Below are positions 39,554 to 49,631 of a stretch of DNA of 64,000 bases, in pieces. The notes under the pieces are model-generated. The model saw nothing but the letters and a program-made list of their open reading frames with translations. It had not been told where the DNA came from and did no database searches. This stretch comes from a virus (taxonomy: Duplodnaviria > Caudoviricetes), in the IMG/VR virus record IMGVR_UViG_3300021376_000006; one strand, written 5' to 3'. The first letter of the stretch is position 1. Each line of letters begins with the position of its first letter. Made by a program: the position numbers and the translations under genes.

Positions 39554-40311
39554 TCTTGAATTCTGTAATAATCTTTATTCAACCAGGTTGTTAGTAAGGT
39601 TTCTTGCCTCACATATCCATAGCGATCCAGGCATTGCCGTACACTTTCATTGACTAAATTAGCATTAACTAAGTCATGCCATGTTGTAGTTTGTGGATTC
39701 ATGGGTGCAATGTCACTTTTATAAACAGCAATGTGCAACCACATATCGTTCATGTCTTTATAAAAATAGGCATCCCTACAATCAAATCCGTTTACTGCTA
39801 ACATGTACATCATGTTCACCACATTGTGATTAAAGTACCATCCGTTGTGACTGAGGTTGTTTAATCTATTGTGTTCATAATGAACTGCCTGCGGAAGTGA
39901 TAAAACCAACATACCATTTACGTTCATCATGTCGTTCCATTGTCGTAATGTGCCTAATGGATTAGTAATATATTGAAAAACATCGTGACACCAAACTAAA
40001 TCAATTTGTCGGGAAATAAATCTATCTGCATCTTCTAAATTGGCTTCTACCAGTCGAACGTTTGGTAAATTTGCAACTTCTTTTTTAATTTGTTTAATAT
40101 TTCTATCTACCGCGTAACACAAATAATTCCTAGGTTCGGGAGGCTCGTCTCTAGTTTCAAGTAGTGCCCACCATTCTAAATCCAATCCTTCGCCACAACC
40201 AAAGTCTGCTACAACTTCTAAACTATCTAAAAAACTGTCATATTGATACAATAGATCTCGAATAAATTGTGTGTGTTGGAAACTAGCTTCAGAATTCTTA
40301 AAAAGTGCCAT
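39550..40311 (-). CDS. Class I SAM methyltransferase-like
   Basis: ADFGCGEG, DLVWCHDVFQY. Confidence 0.75.
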   Translation of the reverse strand: MALFKNSEASFQHTQFIRDLLYQYDSFLDSLEVVADFGCGEGLDLEWWALLETRDEPPEPRNYLCYAVDRNIKQIKKEVANLPNVRLVEANLEDADRFISRQIDLVWCHDVFQYITNPLGTLRQWNDMMNVNGMLVLSLPQAVHYEHNRLNNLSHNGWYFNHNVVNMMYMLAVNGFDCRDAYFYKDMNDMWLHIAVYKSDIAPMNPQTTTWHDLVNANLVNESVRQCLDRYGYVRQETLLTTWLNKDYYRIQE

Positions 40312-40549
40312 TTGTTAACACCTCAATGATAATTTTTTCTTTTAATGTTTTTAATCTTGATTCAAATTGTATGCATGCTTCTGCTAATTCTATATTGGAT
40401 CCCCAATTAAGATTATAAATGAGATTAGTGGCCCAACGACCACAAGCATCTTTTTCTATTTGTATATCAACTGCATTATTCTTAGGACGGGCATTCGAGC
40501 ATAATGTCCATTCTCTTAAAATATTTTTAGCGTGTTCTTGATAATCCAT
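40298..40549 (-). CDS. Hypothetical protein
   Basis: Packed ORF in operon. Confidence 0.55.
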   Translation of the reverse strand: MDYQEHAKNILREWTLCSNARPKNNAVDIQIEKDACGRWATNLIYNLNWGSNIELAEACIQFESRLKTLKEKIIIEVLTNGTF

Positions 40550-41001
40550 TATACAACAATATCTTCCATACCTGCGGTACGTAATCTAACCACATGTCCT
40601 AGCATAAAATTCTTGCTCTCAAGGCCTTTCATAACTCCAAGCCATTTGTTTCTAAGAAGAGCAACTTCGTTAATGATAGTTTCAAAGTCAATGACTTCGT
40701 CTTCACCATCTGTATATTTTTCTGCGTCGCGACTTGTAAGAGCTCGGGCATAAGATTCCAGGTATTTTTGAAAATGCTTTCGTCTAATCTTGCGGAGTTG
40801 TATATTAAGATAGTTAAGTATAGCCTCAATCTCTTGAAGCTGGTTAAATCTTTGCTCTGTAATACCCGGTAAATTCGCAGCGGACTTTTCAACATTACCT
40901 CGTATAAATGTCTCTGTTTTTGCCTGTACAAGTTCACCTTCATAATAATTAATGAAGGCTGGAATTTCGCCAAGATCTGCAACAACACGATTATACCACA
41001 T
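40549..41001 (-). CDS. uvsY: Recombination mediator, UvsY-like
   Basis: Helical protein, LSS/LTSRDAEKY.DGE, K..MLG.IV.LR.AG tail; near recA. Confidence 0.7.
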   Translation of the reverse strand: MWYNRVVADLGEIPAFINYYEGELVQAKTETFIRGNVEKSAANLPGITEQRFNQLQEIEAILNYLNIQLRKIRRKHFQKYLESYARALTSRDAEKYTDGEDEVIDFETIINEVALLRNKWLGVMKGLESKNFMLGHVVRLRTAGMEDIVV

Positions 41002-42175
41002 TATCAAGCCAGTCAACAAAGTGTTTGGGATAGGTATCTAGTATACTAATGTTTCTTCTTTTTGTAAATTCTTTCACAAAGGTTTTTAGATTTTGCAGTT
41101 GTGACATAGTGGGATCAGGTTGTAAACTTTCAATTATGTGCTTTGACCAAGGCAAAGGATTGTTTTCAAATAATTTGATTATATCACTTTTGCTTTTTGG
41201 ATCCATTACATACGGCGACATAAAATCTGGCTTGTAAACAAAATCGTATTCTTTTTTAGACTCGGAAAAATATTCCAAAAATTCATGATACCCAAATAAA
41301 CTTAAATTACTCAAAGTTGAATGAAACATGTAATCAATTTGAAATTGATTTAGTATATCAAGTTTGGCTTTATACTGATCCCAAATTATACCATATCTAT
41401 TAAATTCTAAATATGATCCTATGTTCTCACAACTGAGTTTTATAATTACGTTTTTATATTTTTGTAGTTTTGATAAAAATTTTTCGAATCTACTGATACT
41501 TAGACCTAATCCACTAAACACCTTTACTTCAGATACACCACTAAGTGAATCTAGAATGTCAAACAAATTATTGTTTAATAAAGATTCTCCACCTGTGATA
41601 TATACGGTTTGTAGATGAGGCGTCATTAATTCTATTTCTTTAAGAATCAATTTATAATGTTTAGTATTGTTTTTTTTAGATTGAGATAGTTTATGAATGA
41701 TGAGATCTTTAGAGTCTATTTGATACCTATCATCATCGATCGTGACCGGATAGTTACCATTATTTAAAATGTCTTTTCTCCATGCACTGCTGTATTCTTT
41801 TGTACAATAGCTGCATGACAAATTACAATCGCTTCCTAATGTTATATCTACAATTTTAGGATGTGTAATTGTATCAAAATGTGTTTTTTCATAACCTTTT
41901 CGAATAATTCTTGGACTAATAGCGCCAACATCTTCTGCCTTGAAGCAATTATTTTCGCAACTGTGATTTCGCGTGTTAGATAACATCATTCCACGTTCGT
42001 TAACGTTTAATGGCGTATTAAATAGCTGTCCTGGATTAAGTTCTATCCAATTTAAATCAACATGTTGCGGGTAAGCAGCGTCACAATTGTAAATAACTCT
42101 CTTTTCAATGTCAATTTTTATGCATTGAAATTTATAATTACAGTAATAGTCTCTGATGTGAGTATTATTCCTCAT
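40991..42175 (-). CDS. Radical SAM protein with N-terminal twitch-like Cys segment
   Basis: CNLSCSYC, TGGESLL. Confidence 0.8.
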   Translation of the reverse strand: MRNNTHIRDYYCNYKFQCIKIDIEKRVIYNCDAAYPQHVDLNWIELNPGQLFNTPLNVNERGMMLSNTRNHSCENNCFKAEDVGAISPRIIRKGYEKTHFDTITHPKIVDITLGSDCNLSCSYCTKEYSSAWRKDILNNGNYPVTIDDDRYQIDSKDLIIHKLSQSKKNNTKHYKLILKEIELMTPHLQTVYITGGESLLNNNLFDILDSLSGVSEVKVFSGLGLSISRFEKFLSKLQKYKNVIIKLSCENIGSYLEFNRYGIIWDQYKAKLDILNQFQIDYMFHSTLSNLSLFGYHEFLEYFSESKKEYDFVYKPDFMSPYVMDPKSKSDIIKLFENNPLPWSKHIIESLQPDPTMSQLQNLKTFVKEFTKRRNISILDTYPKHFVDWLDNVV

Positions 42176-42386
42176 AATCTACTTCGTCATCTTCGTCGTC
42201 TAAATACTCTTCCAGTGATCTTTTGGTATAATTGTCAGCACTACCAAACTCTCTGAGTTCTTTATCGCTTAAATTATCTACCAGCATGCTTACTAAATTG
42301 TCAGTAGCAGCCTGTCTTTCTTTGGCAGGAATATATTCTTTTAATGTAATGTAAGTTTCTATTAGAACTTCAACATCAATGCTCAT
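42165..42386 (-). CDS. Small acidic hypothetical protein
   Basis: Directly downstream of recA; acidic tail. Confidence 0.65.
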   Translation of the reverse strand: MSIDVEVLIETYITLKEYIPAKERQAATDNLVSMLVDNLSDKELREFGSADNYTKRSLEEYLDDEDDEVDYEE

Positions 42387-43450
42387 TCAACTGTTTCCTC
42401 TTCTGGTTGATCAGCAGATTGTTTATGTGGATTGACAGAATAATCTGCCATTACACTATCAAGACTACCGCCTTCGTTACGCTCCCAGGCTTTACGAAAC
42501 TGCTTAATTACAGTACCATCTGCTAGCGTGTATTTAAGACTGTTGCCTTCTTTCTGTAATAAACCTTTACCTTCAAACATGTCTACCAATCCACTATAAG
42601 GATTCATCCCCTGCTCGTAAGGAATCTTAACCTGTACACTTTCAAATGGTTTGGCATAGCGTGTTTTCATAATCTTACAGGCTGCACGAATACCTTTTAC
42701 TTCCGAAATCTTGTTTCCATCCTCATCTTCTTTTAGCTTCAACTTACGCATGGCAACAACAATTGAACTGGCATAGATAAAACCTTGACCACCTGAGATC
42801 TTGTCATCTGGATCAAACATGTCTTGACTAGCGTATGTGTGGTTGGTTGCTACTAAGCCAATATTCAAACTACCGAACATATTAACACAATTACGAACAA
42901 GTGCTGTTAGTGCCTTGGGCTTACGACCCATGTCACCTTTTAAGTCTCCGGCTTCGAACTGATTGACATCGGTAGGTGTTAGCAACATTCCCAAACTGTC
43001 AATCACAAACAATACTTTTGGTCTTTGATCTTCTGGAAGTGTTCGATATTCTTTAACAAAGTCATGAATAACCTTAGCTACATCATCAATCATAGCCATA
43101 TTAATCTTGAGGAGTCTATTCTCACTGGTATCAACTTCAAGCGCATGTAACCACGCCTCATCAAGTGCGTTTTCACTATCGATAAGAATAACGTAAATGC
43201 CTTGTTCTTGTGCGTTTTTGACAAGATTTCCTGAGCAGATAAAGGATTTGCCTGCACCAGATTCGCCAGCAAATACTGTAACTTTACCCAATGGAATGCC
43301 CTTATTAAAGTCCCCGCTGATAAGATAGTTGAGAGCGTAATTGTTGGTTGAGATCCAGTCTGTGGGGTCATTGAATCCCACGCTGATACCGTCAATACTT
43401 TTTGTAATACTTTTGCGAAATTTTGATACATCAAAGGGTTTGGTTGCCAT
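42383..43450 (-). CDS. uvsX: RecA/UvsX recombinase
   Basis: GESGAGKS, IDSENALD, VIDSLGML, DMGRKPK, SGGQG, KTR. Confidence 0.93.
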   Translation of the reverse strand: MATKPFDVSKFRKSITKSIDGISVGFNDPTDWISTNNYALNYLISGDFNKGIPLGKVTVFAGESGAGKSFICSGNLVKNAQEQGIYVILIDSENALDEAWLHALEVDTSENRLLKINMAMIDDVAKVIHDFVKEYRTLPEDQRPKVLFVIDSLGMLLTPTDVNQFEAGDLKGDMGRKPKALTALVRNCVNMFGSLNIGLVATNHTYASQDMFDPDDKISGGQGFIYASSIVVAMRKLKLKEDEDGNKISEVKGIRAACKIMKTRYAKPFESVQVKIPYEQGMNPYSGLVDMFEGKGLLQKEGNSLKYTLADGTVIKQFRKAWERNEGGSLDSVMADYSVNPHKQSADQPEEETVE

Positions 43451-44453
43451 GATTATTTTCCTTTATTTTAATAAAATTATCTATGCTTATGTTTCTGATC
43501 TTGTCCTGCTCTTCAATAAATGTGTTTAAAAATAAACTATTATCGTCGCCTGTTGCAACCAAATTATCAAATTCTGGTAAAGAATTTTTGGCAGCAATTG
43601 TAAATTGATTTCTATGTTGAACACTTAGCTCCGCTGGATAATGAAGTAATCCATATGACATTGGAATATTAACCTCGCGTGAGAATTCTTTAATCCTTGA
43701 AAAATCATTTACATTTAACACACTCAAAGTAGTCCAAATGTTCAATTTTAAATTTTCAAATTTTGTTTGTAAATTTTTATACTTTTGTATAACTTCAAGT
43801 GTTGTTGCCCATTTTAAAGGCCATCTAGTATATTCAAATACCTTTTCTACACCGTCAATACTAAACGTTATAGTTATTTCAATGTTTTTTTCTAATAGAT
43901 TCTCTATTTCTGGCATAAATTTGCTTGCGTTTGTGTTTATTCGTATAAACTTGGCATGCTTTAATGACATCAATTTTTCTTTATACAACTTACTAAATGT
44001 TGGTTCTCCACCGGTTATTTCAAAAACTAAAATCTTGTCTGCTGATATTTGATTGAAAATGTTTGAATTATCTATTTTTATTACAGTCTTGGATAACTTT
44101 CCAATGTAAGTGCTATTTTTATTTGAACAACTTATGCATGCTGAATTACAAACATTATCGAGTATTCCCGAAACAAACAAATAATCTGGATTTAATTGTA
44201 TATATTTTGTATGCGCTTCAACCGAATGTTCTCTCACACTCTTTTGATGATTAGTATTTTCTACTTCTTTACAACGCTTACATTCGTCTGGCCACTCATT
44301 GTTAGTAAACTTATTAAGGGTGTTTTTTAACCAAGAACTATTTCGTAAATTTTCAATACTATTAAATGATGGCGCATTTATCATATGACCACATACCTGA
44401 AACATTGAATTTTCAGCTAGTCTTATATTATGCGTTAATCTAGGACAAAACAT
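43431..44453 (-). CDS. Radical SAM protein
   Basis: CNSACISC, TGGEPT, INTNAS, SIDG, YTRWPLKW. Confidence 0.8.
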   Translation of the reverse strand: MFCPRLTHNIRLAENSMFQVCGHMINAPSFNSIENLRNSSWLKNTLNKFTNNEWPDECKRCKEVENTNHQKSVREHSVEAHTKYIQLNPDYLFVSGILDNVCNSACISCSNKNSTYIGKLSKTVIKIDNSNIFNQISADKILVFEITGGEPTFSKLYKEKLMSLKHAKFIRINTNASKFMPEIENLLEKNIEITITFSIDGVEKVFEYTRWPLKWATTLEVIQKYKNLQTKFENLKLNIWTTLSVLNVNDFSRIKEFSREVNIPMSYGLLHYPAELSVQHRNQFTIAAKNSLPEFDNLVATGDDNSLFLNTFIEEQDKIRNISIDNFIKIKENNHGNQTL

Positions 44454-45082
44454 TATTGTATTAAATCAATTAGCGATAAAGGTATATTGATAATATCATA
44501 ATAGCCACTATCTTTATCATTTTTTATGATAGTCATTATTTCTTGAAAAGTTAATTTATTTCCTATCTGATTATAAAGTATAGTATCTAATTGCAAATAA
44601 AGATCTTGTGCGATTTGATAATCTACATTTATTCCGTTAGCTTTCCGTGGAGTTTCATTTAATGAAGTTATTTTTTTCAAATACTGCATTGATCGGAAAT
44701 GAAATTTAACTTCAGGTTTTATGAAGCGTGACAAATTCAGTATCCAATGAAATTGCGGAATATAGTGAATATCCAGGTACAAGTATTTTTTCAATAAAAA
44801 CTCAATGGTGTTAGAATCTAACTCTGGATTTTGAGTTTTAAGATTAAAAATTACTGTTGCCAATCCTGACTGGAATCTTTCAATTGGATCTCTTAAAATC
44901 ACAGTAATGTCATCAGAAATACTATGTAAATCAGAATGATAAAGTTGCATTCCACTCACATTTTGACAGTGACGAAGTAAACTGCTTGATCCATTTTTAT
45001 ATATAGGAAAAATATACTCTTTCCCTATTTTGACAACTGTAATGTTATCAGAATACAAAAATTTATCTATTGGTGTAAACAT
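44453..45082 (-). CDS. Sulfotransferase-family-like protein
   Basis: PIYKNGSSSL (5'-PSB-like), LRDPIERFQSG (3'-PB-like), DIHYIPQ. Confidence 0.65.
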   Translation of the reverse strand: MFTPIDKFLYSDNITVVKIGKEYIFPIYKNGSSSLLRHCQNVSGMQLYHSDLHSISDDITVILRDPIERFQSGLATVIFNLKTQNPELDSNTIEFLLKKYLYLDIHYIPQFHWILNLSRFIKPEVKFHFRSMQYLKKITSLNETPRKANGINVDYQIAQDLYLQLDTILYNQIGNKLTFQEIMTIIKNDKDSGYYDIINIPLSLIDLIQ

Positions 45083-45126
45083 AATCCGAAAGGGTACGCA
45101 AGAATTACGTACCCTTTTTATCTAAC

Positions 45127-46134
45127 TTACTGTTTGCTGCGATTACGAATCATGGCCAAGATGTCCTCGGCTCGTTGACTGGAAGGTTTAGTAGCAGCGG
45201 CTTGCACAGGTGCAGTGGCTACAGGAGGAGCATCATCTTCTTCATCATCGCCAACAAAGGAACTAGAAGATTGTACTGGTGCAGGTGCTGCTTTGACTAC
45301 TGGTGCAGACGCTGTTGTTTCTGTATCGTCGTTACCGCCTTTACCCTGGAATCCGCTAGGCTTAAAGTATTGGCTCCAACGATCAGGATCGTATGCTTGA
45401 CCATCCACCGACGCTTCAAACATTTCTTTGATAACCTTGAGTTCTACCTCACCAGGACGCCTGGGTAGGAAGTCACTTAGATTGTAAAGACCAAAGCTAT
45501 CAATCGCACTTTGTTCTTGTGCTGTCAGTGCAGTCTCTTTTCGGCTCCACTTACTGGTGCTGTAGTCTGCATAGCCACCTTTGCTAGTTTTTGTAACAGT
45601 AAAATCTAAACCGGCGGTGTAATCGGTTGGCATGCTTTCTAGTTCTGGGTCCATTAGTGCAGCCTTGATCAAATTAAAAATCTGGGGACTAATAACGAAT
45701 CTACGAATAGGATTCTCAGGTGTTTTGTCGTCCGCTAGTGGATTTTCTCTTACAAAACCTTGGAACAGGTATGATTTCTTTTTCCAGTACTTACGACCCA
45801 TTTCTTCCAGGCCTGGATCTTTGAACCATGTTCTTACTTCGGCCAAGACAGGACATGCGTCACCATACATTTCTACGCAAGGAACTTGTACCACAACAGG
45901 TTTTGAGTCTGCTTGTCCTTTGATTCCTGCGAACGGAAGTTTGATCATCAATCGTTCGACCCAGAAGAATGAGTTCTGTGTATTAGCGTCTGGTAGAAAA
46001 CGGATTTTTGCACTTGAGCCTTCTGGAATGTTCCAGTGTGCATAGATGGCGTTGTCGCCTTGTGATTGACCGCCCGATTGACGGTTTTCTTGCGCTTGTA
46101 GTTTAGCGCGAATTTCTGCTAGTGATGTGGCCAT
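45127..46134 (-). CDS. ssDNA-binding protein, T4 gp32-like
   Basis: IRFLPD, C...C, KYWKK, NPIRRF, D...G.DF, acidic tail. Confidence 0.88.
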   Translation of the reverse strand: MATSLAEIRAKLQAQENRQSGGQSQGDNAIYAHWNIPEGSSAKIRFLPDANTQNSFFWVERLMIKLPFAGIKGQADSKPVVVQVPCVEMYGDACPVLAEVRTWFKDPGLEEMGRKYWKKKSYLFQGFVRENPLADDKTPENPIRRFVISPQIFNLIKAALMDPELESMPTDYTAGLDFTVTKTSKGGYADYSTSKWSRKETALTAQEQSAIDSFGLYNLSDFLPRRPGEVELKVIKEMFEASVDGQAYDPDRWSQYFKPSGFQGKGGNDDTETTASAPVVKAAPAPVQSSSSFVGDDEEDDAPPVATAPVQAAATKPSSQRAEDILAMIRNRSKQ

Positions 46135-46194
46135 AATGTTTCTCCTTATAAAATGCCATAATGTTTGTGCCTAGATATACAACTGCACCGTGCA

Positions 46195-46224
46195 ATTGTA
46201 TAACAAGTATATTTAGCAAGTCAA
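46195..46224 (-). promoter_or_regulatory. Overlapping sigma70 and late-type promoter for the ssb operon
   Basis: TTGACT-18-TACAAT with CTAAATA (46210-46216) in the spacer. Confidence 0.65.
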
Positions 46225-46241
46225 ATAAAAAACTGTTAATT

Positions 46242-47315
46242 TTAACCTAATTTAAGTTGATTAAATTTAAGTCTGTTATGCTCAAAAATTGGCGTCAATT
46301 GATGTAAAATAGTTTGTAAATCAAAATTTGACAGCTGGGCCAATCTATCTATTTCATTGATTATAGCATGGTATCTAGCATGAGGACAATCAATAATATC
46401 ATAATGTTCATTGATAAATGGATCAAATGTTAAAAATCCCTTAGATCTTAGATGTTCTAAACTGCCTGGACCGGAAAAAAGTAAGAAAGGCTTTCCCAAA
46501 TGAAAATTTTTCAAACTTTTTTCTGTAAAAAATCTATTTGAGTATATATCAGTCTCGCAAACAATTTCAACAAAATAAGAATTGTAATATTTGCCTATGT
46601 TGGCTAAACTATCTTGAAAAGGTACCCAACCGCTGGCCTTTTCAAAATCTAATAGTACTGGACAATTTTCATTGTACCATTGTATGTCATGACCAAAATC
46701 TTGTTCAAATCTATAGTGCCATGTAGCCTTGGTAGCATTATAACTGAGTATGCTATCTTGTTTGTAATTATCGTATAAATGTTTAAAGAACTTGAGTCTA
46801 TAGATATCATGTCTTCCAAAAAGCCCGGCAAACTTCTTGTTACAAAATGGACGAGAAAGTGGTAGGTTAAGGTGTTGACCAATATTACCACACCACATCT
46901 GAATTGCATCTAATTCTATAAATGTGGTATCATTTATTTCAAGATTTTCGTAACTGTAAATATAACAGGTGTCCCGGTTGAGATTGAAATTTTTAATAGT
47001 TGTGCTTATTAAATTGTTTAGTCCTGTGTATTTGCAATTTACACCATCTCTTATCAAAAAAACAAAAATTTTGTTCTTATACTGTCCTAATACGTAAAGC
47101 AATTCGTTGACCCCTTGATTTTGATACTCTCGATTAGTGAGCCAATCAAGATTAACAAAAACAAAATTTTCGACTAAAGTCACTACCTTTTCAAAATTCA
47201 AATTTGAAATTAGTTGATTGATTTGATGCGTATGCATAAAAAAGTTCTCGATTATAATGCAGTCTATCTTTAATTTGAGCAAAAAGCTCCATGCAATTTT
47301 TGTTTTGAAATTCAC
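46242..47315 (-). CDS. Putative glycosyltransferase ('(S/T)EK' family), paralog 2 (start uncertain)
   Basis: VEIVCET..FFTEKS..GKPFLLF..LRSKGF.TF..FINEHYD. Confidence 0.45.
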   Translation of the reverse strand: MNFKTKIAWSFLLKLKIDCIIIENFFMHTHQINQLISNLNFEKVVTLVENFVFVNLDWLTNREYQNQGVNELLYVLGQYKNKIFVFLIRDGVNCKYTGLNNLISTTIKNFNLNRDTCYIYSYENLEINDTTFIELDAIQMWCGNIGQHLNLPLSRPFCNKKFAGLFGRHDIYRLKFFKHLYDNYKQDSILSYNATKATWHYRFEQDFGHDIQWYNENCPVLLDFEKASGWVPFQDSLANIGKYYNSYFVEIVCETDIYSNRFFTEKSLKNFHLGKPFLLFSGPGSLEHLRSKGFLTFDPFINEHYDIIDCPHARYHAIINEIDRLAQLSNFDLQTILHQLTPIFEHNRLKFNQLKLG

Positions 47316-48171
47316 TAATAGAGTTTACTATTAGTTGATGATTTCTAAATTTCCACTCGTGATTTGAATTTTCATCTTGTAATTGCTGAACAGGAAATAA
47401 ATCTTGAAAACAATCAAACCCTGCTTGTTTTAATAATCTGTATATGCCCGGACTACCGTTAATTATAAACGGCCTTAGACCAATTATTGGTTTGAATACT
47501 TTTTCGCTTAGAAAAACATTTTTACTGTATTCATATTGTGTTTCACTGACTACATTAATAAAACTTGCGTTCCATATTTTTAATTGACCTAAGCTATAAA
47601 CATCATTTGGGATGCCTACATCACCAACGACATCGTCTGCTCCATAATTTTGGTAATCCAAGTCATGGTCGTTTACTGTATACTTGCTATTACCTAGAGT
47701 TACACAACCATGTTTGATACATCCTGAAGTTTCAAACAATGCCACTAATTCTGTTCTGTGTGTGTGCGGCTTGCGATTGTAATTCAAAAACAAATTGTCA
47801 AATGTATTAGGTTCTAGATCTAGTATTGAATATTGCTTGAAAAATCTAGCACATGCCACTGCCCAGAAATCAAAAAAATAGTCGCCGTTTACGTAACCAA
47901 CCAAAATTACCTGACCTGGTATTTGATCAATTAAATTTTCAATTGGCCCTAAAGGATCAGTTAAACTGCAAAGCATAGTTACTTCGGGCTGTAATTTTTG
48001 CAGTTGCGAAATTAATTCTTTGGGTTCGTGCCAGCTGGTTACAACAACTGCTTTTCTCAGTTTGGGATATTGATTGTTAAAATTTTGTACTAGACAGTTC
48101 ACTAATTCACGTTCCAATTGCCCAGCACGCCATGCAGGATTAAATCCTCCATATATGACTTTGCAGTTCAT
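47191..48171 (-). CDS. Putative glycosyltransferase ('(S/T)EK' family), paralog 3
   Basis: INVVSET..FLSEKVFKPI..RPFIING..LKQAGFDCF. Confidence 0.45.
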   Translation of the reverse strand: MNCKVIYGGFNPAWRAGQLERELVNCLVQNFNNQYPKLRKAVVVTSWHEPKELISQLQKLQPEVTMLCSLTDPLGPIENLIDQIPGQVILVGYVNGDYFFDFWAVACARFFKQYSILDLEPNTFDNLFLNYNRKPHTHRTELVALFETSGCIKHGCVTLGNSKYTVNDHDLDYQNYGADDVVGDVGIPNDVYSLGQLKIWNASFINVVSETQYEYSKNVFLSEKVFKPIIGLRPFIINGSPGIYRLLKQAGFDCFQDLFPVQQLQDENSNHEWKFRNHQLIVNSISEFQNKNCMELFAQIKDRLHYNRELFYAYASNQSTNFKFEF

Positions 48172-48175
48172 ATTT

Positions 48176-49615
48176 TTACAGCCCGGCTAACTTGCGAATT
48201 GATTGTAATTCTTCTTGCACAACCGGTTCGTCTATTTTACTTACACCTACTGGCAGTGGTTGTGGTTGGGGTTGTGTAGGCGCTGGCTGAGTATTGGCGT
48301 TTTGTTGTTGCAAAATTTGAAACAAGCTTTGAGCTAATGCTCGTTCGCCATTGGACATCAACCAACCTATAATGGTATTGCGTACATCTGCATCTGGTCC
48401 TTGTACGCTGGCCAATTTTTTGATTGAATTTTTAAGATCGTCTGCATCAAGTTCTTGAATGTCAGCAATGGCTGCTACTGCATCTACACCGTCCATACCG
48501 GCTGCAATTGGTTTTTGAAACAATCTTGTTAGATTTTCTTCGTCCATATCATCTGTGTCTGCATCCCATGTGTTTTCGGTAACACTATTGGCCCAAGATT
48601 CAAATTCATTAGTTTCTGCGGTGTTCATTCGTTTCCTAGTTTGATAGGCTTTATATACATATGGTAATGCTTCGTTGAAGCGGTCGTCATAGATTTTCTT
48701 AACAAATCTTTCTCTCAAGCCATCTACATCAACTTCATCAAGTGGTTCACCAGGATCTGCCATCATATTCATTAACAATGCTTGTCCATGGCGTCCTTGG
48801 AATTTTTTTAGATTCTCTCTAACTTCATTGTACCTGTGCATGGCTGCTTCTACCATACCAGTGGTTTCCGCATCTTCGAATGTACGATTACGCATGGCAC
48901 GAACAAAATGTCTCATTGATGCCATTTCTTTGACCATTTCATTAATTAATTGGCCACCTTCATCCATGTGTTTTCCACCATGGCGCATGTGATTGGCAAG
49001 TGCCCTGGCACCGTGTAGGTTAGTATGATCTAGTAAAAATCTTTCCCCTACAGGAGTTTCAATAAAAACATGTTCAATTTGTCTGCCACGATCGCCACGC
49101 TTTTCTGGGTCAATTTGATCTCTGTGTTTGATAATAATTTTGTGCGTACCAACATCGCCAAAACTCATACGCTTGTTGTTACCCATACCGTATAAACGAC
49201 CTTCACTGATAGCCAGTTCGTCTTTGTTAAATGTAGCATCTGAACCTGCTTGTTGTCTAATGTCTTTTAAGTCTAAGTTGCTGCGATTAATATCTCTAGT
49301 GTCAAATGTTAACATATTTCTGCGGGCAAAATTCTTTAAGTCGCGTAAAAAACCGAACCACTCTTTGCTTTGTGCTTCATCTAAACTATCTGTTATATTT
49401 GATCCATAATAGATTTTTAAACTATTTTCGTCGATTAAGCTGATGGTAACATTTCCAAAGTTTTCGCCGTCACTACTAATGTAATCAAAGTTAAAGAATC
49501 TAGCCTGTTCAGGATCGGTAATTCTTTGAGCTTTTTTGTCTCCAATGTTAACACTGTCAAATCTACTACGGATTTTGTCAAAGAGTTCTGATGCTGTTTT
49601 GTTTAGTTCGCGCAT
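48176..49615 (-). CDS. Probable virion/head-associated protein
   Basis: Adjacent to terL, late-type motif upstream, ends IRKLAGL. Confidence 0.5.
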   Translation of the reverse strand: MRELNKTASELFDKIRSRFDSVNIGDKKAQRITDPEQARFFNFDYISSDGENFGNVTISLIDENSLKIYYGSNITDSLDEAQSKEWFGFLRDLKNFARRNMLTFDTRDINRSNLDLKDIRQQAGSDATFNKDELAISEGRLYGMGNNKRMSFGDVGTHKIIIKHRDQIDPEKRGDRGRQIEHVFIETPVGERFLLDHTNLHGARALANHMRHGGKHMDEGGQLINEMVKEMASMRHFVRAMRNRTFEDAETTGMVEAAMHRYNEVRENLKKFQGRHGQALLMNMMADPGEPLDEVDVDGLRERFVKKIYDDRFNEALPYVYKAYQTRKRMNTAETNEFESWANSVTENTWDADTDDMDEENLTRLFQKPIAAGMDGVDAVAAIADIQELDADDLKNSIKKLASVQGPDADVRNTIIGWLMSNGERALAQSLFQILQQQNANTQPAPTQPQPQPLPVGVSKIDEPVVQEELQSIRKLAGL

Positions 49616-49631
49616 AATATATTATTTATCG

